A DNA stretch of 20,487 nt, from NCBI GenBank assembly GCA_027053075.1, contig JALUEE010000006.1, positions 1-20,487 on the forward strand, written 5' to 3'. A model generated the notes under the pieces. It worked only from the letters and a program-made list of their open reading frames with translations, did not search any database and was not told where the DNA came from. Shown piece after piece: positions 8,645 to 16,852 of the stretch (the stretch's first letter is position 1; every line of letters begins with the position of its first letter). The DNA is from a candidate division WOR-3 bacterium. GTDB lineage: Bacteria > Hydrothermota > Hydrothermia > B15-G9 > WFZT01. Both the position numbers and the translations under genes were made by a program.

Positions 8645-9108
8645 ACTACCAGTTCACTGTTGCCGACATAATCGTCATCTCGCTGATTCTCATATTTGCC
8701 TTTCGTGGGTTGTTGCGTGGGATGATAAAAGAGGGCTTTTCCCTCATAGGTCTCTTTGGGGGTATTGTTCTTGGCATCAAATATAACGATTGGGTTTACA
8801 AGTTCATCCACATTCAAGTGCATCACCCACTTTTGAGGAAAATACTTGGATTTCTCATCATATTTTTTGCCTTTCTCCTATCCATGACGCTAATTGGAAA
8901 TATCTTACACAAACTTTTTAAGGCGCTTGCTTTATCAACCATAGACCGGATACTGGGCTTCTTCCTCGGGGCAACGGAAGGATTTTTTCTTGCAGGATTC
9001 CTGATTTACATCCTTGCTAGGGTACCTGTTCTGGAACCAGTCATGACCAAAGGAGAAGTTGCCCACTATATCCTTTCAATTTTTGGCGAGGTAATAAACA
9101 AAGTGTAA
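8641..9108 (+). CDS. cvpA: CvpA family (colicin V production) membrane protein, probable CTG start
   Basis: RGMIKEGFSLIG and LSTIDRILGFFLG motifs. Frame extends upstream of the tracked TTG 8710 through NYQFTVADIIVISLILIFAFRG to CTG 8641; SD GGAGGT at 8626-8631. Confidence 0.85.
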   Translation: MNYQFTVADIIVISLILIFAFRGLLRGMIKEGFSLIGLFGGIVLGIKYNDWVYKFIHIQVHHPLLRKILGFLIIFFAFLLSMTLIGNILHKLFKALALSTIDRILGFFLGATEGFFLAGFLIYILARVPVLEPVMTKGEVAHYILSIFGEVINKV

Positions 9109-9121
9109 CAGGGAGAAAAAT

Positions 9122-9355
9122 ATGGGAAAGCATATTGACACGGGCTCTATGATTATCATTATCCTGACTTTTCTTCTTTTTATCGTTGCACTGTGGGTAA
9201 AGGGGCTAACACGTGACCTTCTTCTGGAAATTGGTGTCCTACTGATTTCAATAAAGATCATCATGATGTCCTACAAAAGCAGCAAGAACAGTGAAGAGGT
9301 CATGAAAGAGTTAAAAAGCATAAAAGACAGGCTCGACTGCAAAGATAAAGGTTAA
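9122..9355 (+). CDS. Hypothetical small membrane protein (2 TM helices + charged C-terminal tail)
   Basis: 77-aa ORF, SD GGGAG upstream, two hydrophobic helices; stop overlaps the convergent ispE stop (TTAA 9352-9355). Confidence 0.7.
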   Translation: MGKHIDTGSMIIIILTFLLFIVALWVKGLTRDLLLEIGVLLISIKIIMMSYKSSKNSEEVMKELKSIKDRLDCKDKG

Positions 9356-10143
9356 GTTGTTAATACACTTGTAAAAATAAATTTCTCCCCGTAATCCGCA
9401 TACAGCTTTCCAGGGAATTCTTCAAAGATAGCAAAAAGGGCAGAGCCGGAACCAGTCATTAGACTTCCACAGGCCCCATACTTTTTCATAAGATTTTTAA
9501 AATCCTGAATGAATTCCTCGCTGTGTATCTCCTCAAACGTGTTGTAAAGAAATGGTCCAAGCTCACAAATTTTGCCACTAAAAAGCAACTTTTTAATCTC
9601 CATGAGCTTCTCATCTGCTTCCTTAGGCGGGAAGTAAAGGGAACGTCTTTTGATTTCGTGATACCCCTCAGATGTTGAAAAGCTTATCCCGGGGTGGTAA
9701 ATCACAACAAAAAAAGAAGATTTAATCTCAAATGGTTTTATAACCTCTCCCCTGCCCTCGACCACGGCTGCATTGGATTCATAAAGAAAAAATGGAACGT
9801 CCGAGCCTATCTCAAGCCCCTTTATTATTGCCTTTCTGACTTCATTCTCAAAGTAATTGAGAACTGCGGCGGCATCCGAACTCCCACCGCCAAGACCCGA
9901 GCCGATGGGAATGTTTTTTTTAATCTCGATCCTGTAGGGACGATTCTCTAAAGCTTTCCAGACAAGGTTCTTTTCACCCTGCGGGCCCTTTGATGAAAAA
10001 ACAGAGGGCTTCCAGTACGGAATAATTTTAAGCGCGTCGAAGAGCCCAATTTTAAGAAAAATAGACTTGATCTCATGATAACCATCATCTCTCAAACCGG
10101 TGACAAAAAGGGAGAGATTGATCTTTGCGTGTGCCTTAATCAC
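9352..10143 (-). CDS. ispE: 4-(cytidine 5'-diphospho)-2-C-methyl-D-erythritol kinase
   Basis: AHAKINLSL, RDDGYHEIKS, IKKNIPIGSGLGGGSSDAAA, IGSDVPFF, MTGSGS. Real start probably GTG 10143 (or TTG 10146) overlapping the alr stop; the longer tracked start lies inside alr. Confidence 0.93.
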   Translation of the reverse strand: MIKAHAKINLSLFVTGLRDDGYHEIKSIFLKIGLFDALKIIPYWKPSVFSSKGPQGEKNLVWKALENRPYRIEIKKNIPIGSGLGGGSSDAAAVLNYFENEVRKAIIKGLEIGSDVPFFLYESNAAVVEGRGEVIKPFEIKSSFFVVIYHPGISFSTSEGYHEIKRRSLYFPPKEADEKLMEIKKLLFSGKICELGPFLYNTFEEIHSEEFIQDFKNLMKKYGACGSLMTGSGSALFAIFEEFPGKLYADYGEKFIFTSVLTT

Positions 10144-11245
10144 CAACAGGGATCCTTTCAACCCTTGGTAGTAATCCAGTGGTGATTTCGTAGTTGATAG
10201 TGCCGATAAGGCCTGCAAGCTCTGTGGCCGTGATCTCATCGTCACCGTCTCGACCAATCAGGGTGGCTTCATCGCCAAGTTTCACTTCCGGGATATGGGA
10301 GACATCAACAGTCGTCAAATCCATGCTGATAACACCGACGATCTTCGCCCTTTTTCCATGAATTAACACCTCACCATCCCTGTAGAGTGCTCTTGGATAG
10401 CCGTCTCCATAGCCAACCGCAAGTACCGCTATTTTCATCGGCTTTTCACTTTTAAATCTGAATCCATAGCCTATTCCGCGTTCTGGTCCTATGTCTCTGA
10501 GCTGGATAATCCGCGCTTTCAGAGTAAGAATCGGCTTCAACTCAGGCAGATTCATCGAAGGAGAAGGTGGCAGGCCAAACATAGCGATCCCCGGCCTCAC
10601 CATATCAAAAATGGCCTCTTTACCAATGTTAAAAATTGCCGCGCTATTCGCGGTATGAATGAGGTACCCCTTGCCCTCAATCAGCGGCAATACCTCTTTT
10701 TTGAATCGCTCCAGCTGCTCTCGGGCAAGCTCCGGCTCGTCGTCTGCTGTCGCATAATGTGTGTAAACTCCTTCGAGCTCAAATTCTGGAGAATTCTCCA
10801 CAAATTCAAGGAGTTCTGGGAATTTGCCAATATCCACACCGGTCCTGGTCATACCAGTGTCAACCTCTATATGCACCTTTAGCTTTTTCCCCTCGGGAAT
10901 GAATTTCTTTATCATCCTCACCTGTTCCATGTGGCAGAGGGTTATTCTCAAGTTTCTTTCGAGAGATTCTTCAATTTCCCATTTCTGGAATTTCGGGCCA
11001 AGGACAAGGATAGGCTTTGTAACTCCGGCTTCATCCTGGGCCTCGATGGCCTCTTCAACGGCAGCTACAGAGAAAAAGTCAACTTTGTCGTTTAGCCTTT
11101 TAGCGACTATTTGAAGGCCGTGTCCGTACGCGTTAGCTTTAAGGAGTGCATCAATTTTGGCACCACCAGCCCTCTTTTTAATAACCTCAAAGTTATGATC
11201 GAGCTCGGTAAGGTCTATTTCGGCCCAGACTCTACTCTTCCTCAT
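10136..11245 (-). CDS. alr: Alanine racemase
   Basis: WAEIDL, PLP-lysine motif LLKANAYGHG, VHIEVDTGMTRTG, THYATAD, HTANSAA, VRPGIAMFG, GYGDGYPR, SMD, GTINYEI. Start set at ATG 11245 (MRKSRVWAEIDL). Confidence 0.96.
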   Translation of the reverse strand: MRKSRVWAEIDLTELDHNFEVIKKRAGGAKIDALLKANAYGHGLQIVAKRLNDKVDFFSVAAVEEAIEAQDEAGVTKPILVLGPKFQKWEIEESLERNLRITLCHMEQVRMIKKFIPEGKKLKVHIEVDTGMTRTGVDIGKFPELLEFVENSPEFELEGVYTHYATADDEPELAREQLERFKKEVLPLIEGKGYLIHTANSAAIFNIGKEAIFDMVRPGIAMFGLPPSPSMNLPELKPILTLKARIIQLRDIGPERGIGYGFRFKSEKPMKIAVLAVGYGDGYPRALYRDGEVLIHGKRAKIVGVISMDLTTVDVSHIPEVKLGDEATLIGRDGDDEITATELAGLIGTINYEITTGLLPRVERIPVGD

Positions 11246-11738
11246 GGCCCAGAGTGAATGAGAATCCAACCCCGTAAATCGCTATGTTCTTCTTCTCACC
11301 AAAAAGCATCCCATAATTAACAAGAAGGTTAAACCGCATCCGCTGGGCGGAAAACAGCTTTAAAGCGCCGTTGGCGATTAATCCGGCCGTGAGCTTTGAC
11401 TCCTTGCCATTGTACATGAGGCGGGAAAATGAACCGAGGTTGTATGAAACATTCAGGAAAATCCCATCATACCCAAGGAGTGCAAATGGGTAAGCACCAA
11501 AAGTCAGGCCAATTGATTCGTAGGAGACTCGATAGCCACTGTTTCCGAGACCTGAAAAGTTGTATGCGGTTCCATTGAATCCTACCTCAAGTCCCTGCCA
11601 GAGTTCGTGGGTGTAGCAGGCTCCCACTTCAAAGCCGCTTTTTACCTGATTAGCGAAGTCTCCAGTGGGAATCCCGTAAGTAAAGCCGAGATCAAACCTT
11701 CCAATGGTGAGCACAAAAAGGGCAATCAGCACATTCAT
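11232..11738 (-). CDS. Putative small outer-membrane beta-barrel protein
   Basis: Short hydrophobic N-terminus, alternating Gly/aromatic beta-strand pattern (GFTYGIPTGDF, GFEVGACY, GLEVGFNG, YGVGFSFTL); overlaps the alr start by 14 nt. Confidence 0.6.
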   Translation of the reverse strand: MNVLIALFVLTIGRFDLGFTYGIPTGDFANQVKSGFEVGACYTHELWQGLEVGFNGTAYNFSGLGNSGYRVSYESIGLTFGAYPFALLGYDGIFLNVSYNLGSFSRLMYNGKESKLTAGLIANGALKLFSAQRMRFNLLVNYGMLFGEKKNIAIYGVGFSFTLGHEEE

Positions 11739-11846
11739 GTGGCAAATTATTTAGTAAATCCTTTCAAGTAGTCAACGAGTGTGATGGCACGTCGGAAAAA
11801 TCATTTTCTATACTCTACATTTGTGAAACATCTGGGGCCAGGTTTT

Positions 11847-11906
11847 CCCTCCCCCACTTGCAAAGCAAGTAGGGGAGGGTGCCAGGAGGGGGTATTCAGC
11901 TTGAAA
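11847..11906 (-). repeat. Hairpin + mirror-tail repeat, copy R3
   Basis: 15-bp stem CCCTCCCCCACTTGC / AAA / GCAAGTAGGGGAGGG with one mismatch, then tail GGAGGGGG and flank TATTCAGCTTGAAA similar to R8. Confidence 0.88.
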
Positions 11907-11994
11907 ATTAGAAATTCAAGATAAAGTCAATCTGCTGCTAAGTTGAAGGCTTAGTTGTATCTTCCAATTTATTCAGGAAATTTGATATATGTGA

Positions 11995-12041
11995 CCCCTC
12001 TCCTTTATCCTCTCCCCGCAAGTATTTATGTGGGGAAAGGA
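11995..12041 (+). repeat. Hairpin + mirror-tail repeat, copy R4
   Basis: Tail CCCCTCTCCT (11995-12004), TTA, arm TCCTCTCCCC (12008-12017) is a perfect 10-nt mirror; 13-bp stem to TGTGGGGAAAGGA (12029-12041) with one G.T and one mismatch. Confidence 0.85.
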
Positions 12042-12165
12042 GTTTTTGTGCTTGGGAATAATCCCACAAGCTCGCCAGTTTGCTGATGCAAGTTTCACAT
12101 AGAGTCGGCTTAGAGTTAGTATTTACAAGAAAACTAAAGTTCGAAACTGAAGTTATGTTCCCCCT

Positions 12166-13056
12166 TCATTTCTTGCGCCTGTGTCGTAAAAATTCCTCAT
12201 AATATTTTTCCAGGGTATGGCTCCCTGTTTGGGGTGCGACAAAATCATTCTGCATAGCTGTCAGGAAAAACTTCGCAAGAGTATAGTAATGCTTATTGAA
12301 AGGGCGAATCATTTCTACAAGTAGTTTCAAAGGAGTCACCGGGATACTCGTAATCTTTGGTTCCCTGCCAATCACGGAAAATGCAAGCTCTGCTATTTCT
12401 CGATATGTGTAAATAACAGGGCCGCCGACCGCTATTTCTCTTTCCCCTTTCTCAGCAGCATCAACACAAACTTTCGCAAGGTCTGCCCCATGAATTGGGT
12501 TAATTTTATTCTCACCTTTTCCAATCAGGTAAACTCTCCCGGAGAGTGCCATATTCAAAAATTCCGTTGCATCAGAAAAATAGCCTGTCGGCCTGATTAC
12601 AGCATAGTCAATTCCAGAGTTTTTCAAATCTTCCACAAATTTTTCGCGAGCTTTAGCAATTTCAAGCTCTGAAAATAGGTGGGCATTAAAGGCCGATACA
12701 AAAATAAATTTCTGGACGCCTGCATTTAGCGAGAGTTCTAAAATATTTTTGTTTCCACGATAATCCACATCCCAAAAGCTAACTTTATCCCTTTGCCTTG
12801 TGATCCCAACAGAAGAAAACACTATGTCTATATCATTGCACAAACCCTGTAAAGTACGGGGTTCTGTGATTTCACCAATAAAAATGTCATCAATGTAGTC
12901 TTTAATAGGGGGCTGTAAGAAAGGGCCTACTTCCTCGAGTTTATTGAGAGATTTTTCCCTCACCAGGACTCTAACCCAATATCCTCGTTCTTTGAAGTCC
13001 CGCGTAACATATTTTCCCAGATAACCAGTGGCCCCGGCAACTAAAACCTTCTTCAT
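12166..13056 (-). CDS. Atypical SDR / NAD(P)H-binding oxidoreductase (NmrA-like)
   Basis: KVLVAGATGYLG Rossmann motif, VFSSVG, VDYRGN, IRPTGYFSD, NPIHGADLA, GGP. Confidence 0.88.
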   Translation of the reverse strand: MKKVLVAGATGYLGKYVTRDFKERGYWVRVLVREKSLNKLEEVGPFLQPPIKDYIDDIFIGEITEPRTLQGLCNDIDIVFSSVGITRQRDKVSFWDVDYRGNKNILELSLNAGVQKFIFVSAFNAHLFSELEIAKAREKFVEDLKNSGIDYAVIRPTGYFSDATEFLNMALSGRVYLIGKGENKINPIHGADLAKVCVDAAEKGEREIAVGGPVIYTYREIAELAFSVIGREPKITSIPVTPLKLLVEMIRPFNKHYYTLAKFFLTAMQNDFVAPQTGSHTLEKYYEEFLRHRRKK

Positions 13057-13167
13057 TTTACATCACCCCGATTTTCATATGATACGGCAAGAAAATGCCC
13101 TAATAAACATCCAGCTCAATAAAACTTGTGGCGCTCAAGCTCTTTTGGTCCTGGCACTCGCAAGGTT

Positions 13168-14277
13168 TTACATAAAGAAGAATAGCACGTAGGTTATTCC
13201 CCCGGTTATTAGCAGGTATGGTATGGAATATTTATGAAAATCCAGGAATATCTTCCTGTTTTTTGCCATTCTCAGAGCAATGATGTTTGCAAGAGACCCG
13301 ATAACAATGCCGTTTCCTCCTACGTTGACACCATAAGAAATCGCATGCCAGTTATGGCTGAATTTCGAAACGAATATACTTGCTGGAACATTACTGATCA
13401 ATTGAGATGTTGCCACAGAGAGCCAAAAGACATTCCCGGGATGGTGCAGGTTTACCATGTGAACAAGACTGACTATAAATGGAACCGTCGAGACTATGTG
13501 GAAATCAATAAACATAACAATGAACATTACAAGGAGAAGCCAATCCGTTTTAAGCAGAACTTCTCTGAAGAAGATAAGGTAGAGCAGGAAAATTATCGGT
13601 AAAACTAACTGACTTTTTCCAGCATCCAGAGAGACCAGGTAAATTACTATGAGCACAAGGGATGAATAAAACAGAGACCTGGTGGGGTTTAGATCATTCT
13701 CAATCCTCTCTGAAAATTCTACCCTCTTATCTGGAAAGGAAAACCAAGCAAACAAAAGAAGGACTAAAGCAAGAATTAGAACCAGCGGGGACATTTTAAT
13801 GGTAAAGGTTATGAATGAAATACCCCATTGATGCCATAGAAACAGATTCTGAGGATTACCAACAGGTGTTAAAGTTGACCCCACGTTGGCAGAGATTGCT
13901 TCAAAGATTACCAATTTGGACACATCATTTTTTATCAGACTCTGTACGCTTATCGTCAGCGGAATGACGATAAAAAGCGTTATGTCATTGGTTAAAAACG
14001 TGGATAATATTGCAGTTAATAAAATCAGAAAAACGGCTAATCCTCTCTCACTCCTCAATCTTTTTAACATCCTCCTTGAGAACGCGCGAAAGAATCCGCT
14101 CTCCTTTAAACCGGTGGTAAGGATCAAAAGACCTGTGAGGTCTATTATCGTTCTCCAGTCAACAAAATGATGGTAATTGGATATCTCTCGGGGATACAGG
14201 ATTGCCAGAATTACAAGTAAAACCAGCGTTGCAAATAGAAAAATATTATCTCTTATCAAATCCTTTGCCGTTTTCAT
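13168..14277 (-). CDS. ArsB/NhaD (ion transporter superfamily) anion permease, YbiR-like
   Basis: About 10-11 hydrophobic helices; motifs VDWRTI, STFLTND, ANVGSTLTPVGNPQNL, SQLISNVPA, GVNVGGNG...GSLANIIA. Confidence 0.88.
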   Translation of the reverse strand: MKTAKDLIRDNIFLFATLVLLVILAILYPREISNYHHFVDWRTIIDLTGLLILTTGLKESGFFRAFSRRMLKRLRSERGLAVFLILLTAILSTFLTNDITLFIVIPLTISVQSLIKNDVSKLVIFEAISANVGSTLTPVGNPQNLFLWHQWGISFITFTIKMSPLVLILALVLLLFAWFSFPDKRVEFSERIENDLNPTRSLFYSSLVLIVIYLVSLDAGKSQLVLPIIFLLYLIFFREVLLKTDWLLLVMFIVMFIDFHIVSTVPFIVSLVHMVNLHHPGNVFWLSVATSQLISNVPASIFVSKFSHNWHAISYGVNVGGNGIVIGSLANIIALRMAKNRKIFLDFHKYSIPYLLITGGITYVLFFFM

Positions 14278-14396
14278 CTTTGATTCAAAAGCTCAGAAAT
14301 TCTGCTTTGTTTTACCTATATTATAAAATCTACTCGACTTTGTCCGATTAAACAATTTTCTGGTTTATACCCAAATCATTAGATTTTTTGAGTAAA

Positions 14397-14448
14397 CTTA
14401 AGTGGTTGTGCGCCACGCACGAACGTGCGTGGCGCACAACCACTTAAG
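14397..14448. repeat. Perfect 52-bp palindrome (25-bp arms, AA spacer)
   Basis: CTTAAGTGGTTGTGCGCCACGCACG-AA-CGTGCGTGGCGCACAACCACTTAAG; arms are exact reverse complements. Confidence 0.97.
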
Positions 14449-14567
14449 AAGCCACACTTCCAAACACACTCATTTGCCTCTCATCTAAAGGAACAAATAT
14501 TTCATTACCACCATTTACGAAACCACACTCTGAAAAACGTGAAACGTCTTAAATCGCCTACCCCCCA

Positions 14568-15392
14568 CTACCGATGAATTCCTGCGTATTTTCTCAGCCT
14601 GTCTGAGCATCGGATACGATGTGACTCGCAAAATTTCACGATCTTTTTAGCAATTTCTGCGTAGTATTTTCTATGATCCTTAAATTTCTTCACCTCAGGA
14701 TTGTAGTTCCATCGGCCAAAACTAATCTCGTCCACAAAATTTATTTTCCCGAGTAGCCTTTCGACTTTTTGAGCTTCCGGGTCAAGATTGGGCGTGGGAT
14801 ACGGCTCCATGTTTACCCATGTTCTGAATCCCGCATCGTGCATTTTTCTTAGTGATTCAATTCGAAGCTCGTAGGGGGCCGAGAAAGGCTCATATTTCTT
14901 TTTAAACTCTGGATTAAGGGACACGAGTGTTATGCCCAGTTTGTTTTCCCGCAAGAATTTTTCGTCGGTAAGCTCATCAGGGTAGAATCCCTTTGTCAGG
15001 GCTGTTACAGGGATTCTGTGGGCGTTTAAAAGAGCTATAATTTCAAGGGTCAGTTGCTTGATTTCGGGGAATAAATCGCGCCTCCTCATATCATACATAA
15101 AGGGATCAGTCGAAAGGCACATGGTAACGCGTTCAGGCCTGTACTTTCTGAGCTCCTTTCTTAGAAGTTCAAGTGCGTTACAGACAATCCTGGGCCTTAT
15201 CCACTCCTCGTAGCTTTTTACCCTTCCAAATGACTTTGCCATCATGAAGGCATAGCACGGGAACCTGCACCCGTGGGCGCATCCCTGAACATGATTCAGG
15301 GCCCATATGTTTTTACCGATACCGGAGCGATAAAGCAGGCTTTTCCTGTAAACGCAGTTATCTTCAAATCTAAAAAGGCTCAATTCTTCCAT
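14568..15392 (-). CDS. Radical SAM protein, spore-photoproduct-lyase-like, with Cx3Cx3C motif
   Basis: LNHVQGCAHGCRFPCYA cluster motif, STDPF, LTKG, GITLVS, YEPFSAPYELRIESL, TWVNMEP as in SPL-like radical SAM proteins. Confidence 0.82.
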   Translation of the reverse strand: MEELSLFRFEDNCVYRKSLLYRSGIGKNIWALNHVQGCAHGCRFPCYAFMMAKSFGRVKSYEEWIRPRIVCNALELLRKELRKYRPERVTMCLSTDPFMYDMRRRDLFPEIKQLTLEIIALLNAHRIPVTALTKGFYPDELTDEKFLRENKLGITLVSLNPEFKKKYEPFSAPYELRIESLRKMHDAGFRTWVNMEPYPTPNLDPEAQKVERLLGKINFVDEISFGRWNYNPEVKKFKDHRKYYAEIAKKIVKFCESHRIRCSDRLRKYAGIHR

Positions 15393-15399
15393 TTTGAAA

Positions 15400-15405
15400 A
15401 TTATA
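15400..15405 (-). promoter_or_regulatory. Putative sigma70 -10 box (TATAAT) for the radical SAM gene, leaderless geometry
   Basis: Perfect TATAAT on the minus strand 7 nt before ATG 15392; no SD sequence. Confidence 0.55.
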
Positions 15406-15414
15406 CACCGCCAA

Positions 15415-15443
15415 TTGTCGCTGATTCACTTTGCCATTATATT
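15415..15443 (+). promoter_or_regulatory. Putative sigma70 promoter for the GT9 gene
   Basis: TTGTCG (15415-15420), 17-nt spacer, TATATT (15438-15443), 8 nt before ATG 15452. Confidence 0.5.
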
Positions 15444-15451
15444 TTTCAGGC

Positions 15452-16348
15452 ATGAAAAAAATCTTACTCTCGCGAACTGATAGGCTGGGTGACCTTGTTC
15501 TCGCAATTCCACTTGCGACTGCGCTCAAGAGAGGGGGAATCTACGTTGGATTCCTCGTGAGAAAGTACCAGGCCCCTTTACTGGAACATCATCCCGATGT
15601 TGACGAAATTTTATTCATTGAAAAGGTTAAACCACGTGATTTAAAAAAATTCGACGTATTTATCGATGTTTTTCCAAGGTTTAAAACAGCTCTACTGGCA
15701 TTCAGGGCAGGTATAAAAACAAGAATTGGCACGGCGTACCGACTTTGGAGCTTCCTCTACAACAAGAGGGTGAAGCTACATCGGCGCCCCTCTATAACCC
15801 ATGAATACATTTATAACTTCAAGCTCCTGGAGCCGCTTGGAAATTTTGATCCTGTTAAACCCCGCTTATTTGTCACAGAAGAAGAAAGAGACAGGGCGAG
15901 GGAGCTCCTAAATGGGCTAAAAAGGCCCATCATTGCTGTACACCCTCTTGAAGGTGGAACGGGCCCGGATGTTGATATCAGCGTATATCGCCAGATTACT
16001 GAATATTTGAGGGCAAAAGGTATAAACGTTATACATATCGGTCAGAAAAAATCGGAGAGCCTCAAGGTTGACCGTGACCTTGGAGGAGAGACAGACCTAA
16101 GAACCCTGATGGCAGTTATCTCAGAGGTTGATTTATTGATTTCGCCATCCACAGGTCCCATGCACATTGCAAATGCCCTCGGCACACCCACGGTTTCATT
16201 TTTTAAAGGAACCGGTGCCGTCCGCCCCGCACGATGGGGTCCATTATTTGAAAAATCAAAGGTTATCATAGGCGAATACGACAGCGATAAGAAAATTTTA
16301 AAAGTTAACATCGAAGAAGCCTTGAAGGTGATCTCTGGATTTCTGTAA
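15452..16348 (+). CDS. Glycosyltransferase family 9 (ADP-heptose:LPS heptosyltransferase-like)
   Basis: KILLSRTDRLGDLVLAIP, HPDVDEI, DLGGETDL, STGPMHIANALGTPTVSFF, RWGP; start set at ATG 15452. Confidence 0.9.
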   Translation: MKKILLSRTDRLGDLVLAIPLATALKRGGIYVGFLVRKYQAPLLEHHPDVDEILFIEKVKPRDLKKFDVFIDVFPRFKTALLAFRAGIKTRIGTAYRLWSFLYNKRVKLHRRPSITHEYIYNFKLLEPLGNFDPVKPRLFVTEEERDRARELLNGLKRPIIAVHPLEGGTGPDVDISVYRQITEYLRAKGINVIHIGQKKSESLKVDRDLGGETDLRTLMAVISEVDLLISPSTGPMHIANALGTPTVSFFKGTGAVRPARWGPLFEKSKVIIGEYDSDKKILKVNIEEALKVISGFL

Positions 16349-16520
16349 CAGATGGGGCCTTTGCATTATGCGGGAAAAGACTTTGTCAACAGAATTCTAA
16401 ACGCTCCTAAAGCCTGAGAAGCAGTGTAAATATGAAGCTGCATCCTATTAAAGCATTGATGTAACGCGTTATTTGATGAAGTAATGGCATTATCTGGCAC
16501 TTAGTAGTAAGTGATGTAAG

Positions 16521-16558
16521 CCCTCACCCCTTCCCTCCCCCACGAGGCGAGAGAGGGA
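16521..16558 (+). repeat. Hairpin + mirror-tail repeat, degenerate copy R6
   Basis: CCCTCACCCCTTCCCTCCCCCACGAGGCGAGAGAGGGA: same tail-arm-loop-purine arm layout with an imperfect stem. Confidence 0.65.
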
Positions 16559-16593
16559 GACTTATAGATTTGATTGAAATCTTCGAGTTGTAG

Positions 16594-16641
16594 CCCCTCA
16601 CCTCATTCCTCTCCCCGCAAAGAATTTACGCGGGGAGAGGA
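16594..16641 (+). repeat. Hairpin + mirror-tail repeat, copy R7
   Basis: Tail CCCCTCACCT, CAT, perfect 12-bp stem TCCTCTCCCCGC (16607-16618) / GCGGGGAGAGGA (16630-16641); loop AAAGAATTTAC resembles the R4 loop. Confidence 0.88.
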
Positions 16642-16790
16642 GGATTTCCTATGTGTGGCTTATTGTCTCCCATAAATTCGATGCAGTCCTCATTCAGGTT
16701 AATTTAGATGGGCACGAAATATTGAACAATTGTTTGGGTGCGGAAGAAGATTACTCACGGGGCGAGTGAACCAAAATCTAAAATAACCAT

Positions 16791-16852
16791 CCCCTCCCCC
16801 ACAAGCTTCGCTTGTGGGGGAGGGGTTCAGGGAGGGGGTATCCCGCTTGAAA
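16791..16852 (-). repeat. Hairpin + mirror-tail repeat, copy R8
   Basis: Perfect 16-bp stem CCCCTCCCCCACAAGC / TTC / GCTTGTGGGGGAGGGG (16791-16825), tail GGGAGGGGG (16830-16838), flank TATCCCGCTTGAAA similar to R3. Confidence 0.92.

Noticed and set aside
10144..10257. N-terminal extension of IspE in the ORF track
   Set aside because: It lies within alr in another frame; IspE homology starts at IKAHAKINL.
11785..11800. Sigma54 promoters for the PilR-like regulator (TGGCAC-like hits near 11785, 13152, 16495, 16710)
   Set aside because: None has the TTGC element at the required GG-N10-GC spacing.
13062..13069. GGTGAT ribosome-binding site as a sign of archaeal origin of the SDR gene
   Set aside because: It also pairs with the bacterial 16S 3' end, so one site is not evidence of transfer.
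14397..14448. Protelomerase (telRL-like) target site
   Set aside because: The length is similar, but no protelomerase or phage/plasmid genes are in the window and I see no resemblance to known sites.
16816..16838. G-quadruplex as the conserved function of the repeats
   Set aside because: R8 has four runs of at least three G (G5-A-G4-TTCA-G3-A-G5), but the other copies break this pattern while keeping mirror symmetry and the stem.
3745..16852. Palindromic repeats as a CRISPR array
   Set aside because: Copies are dispersed, in mixed orientation, divergent and not separated by regular spacers; no cas genes are present.
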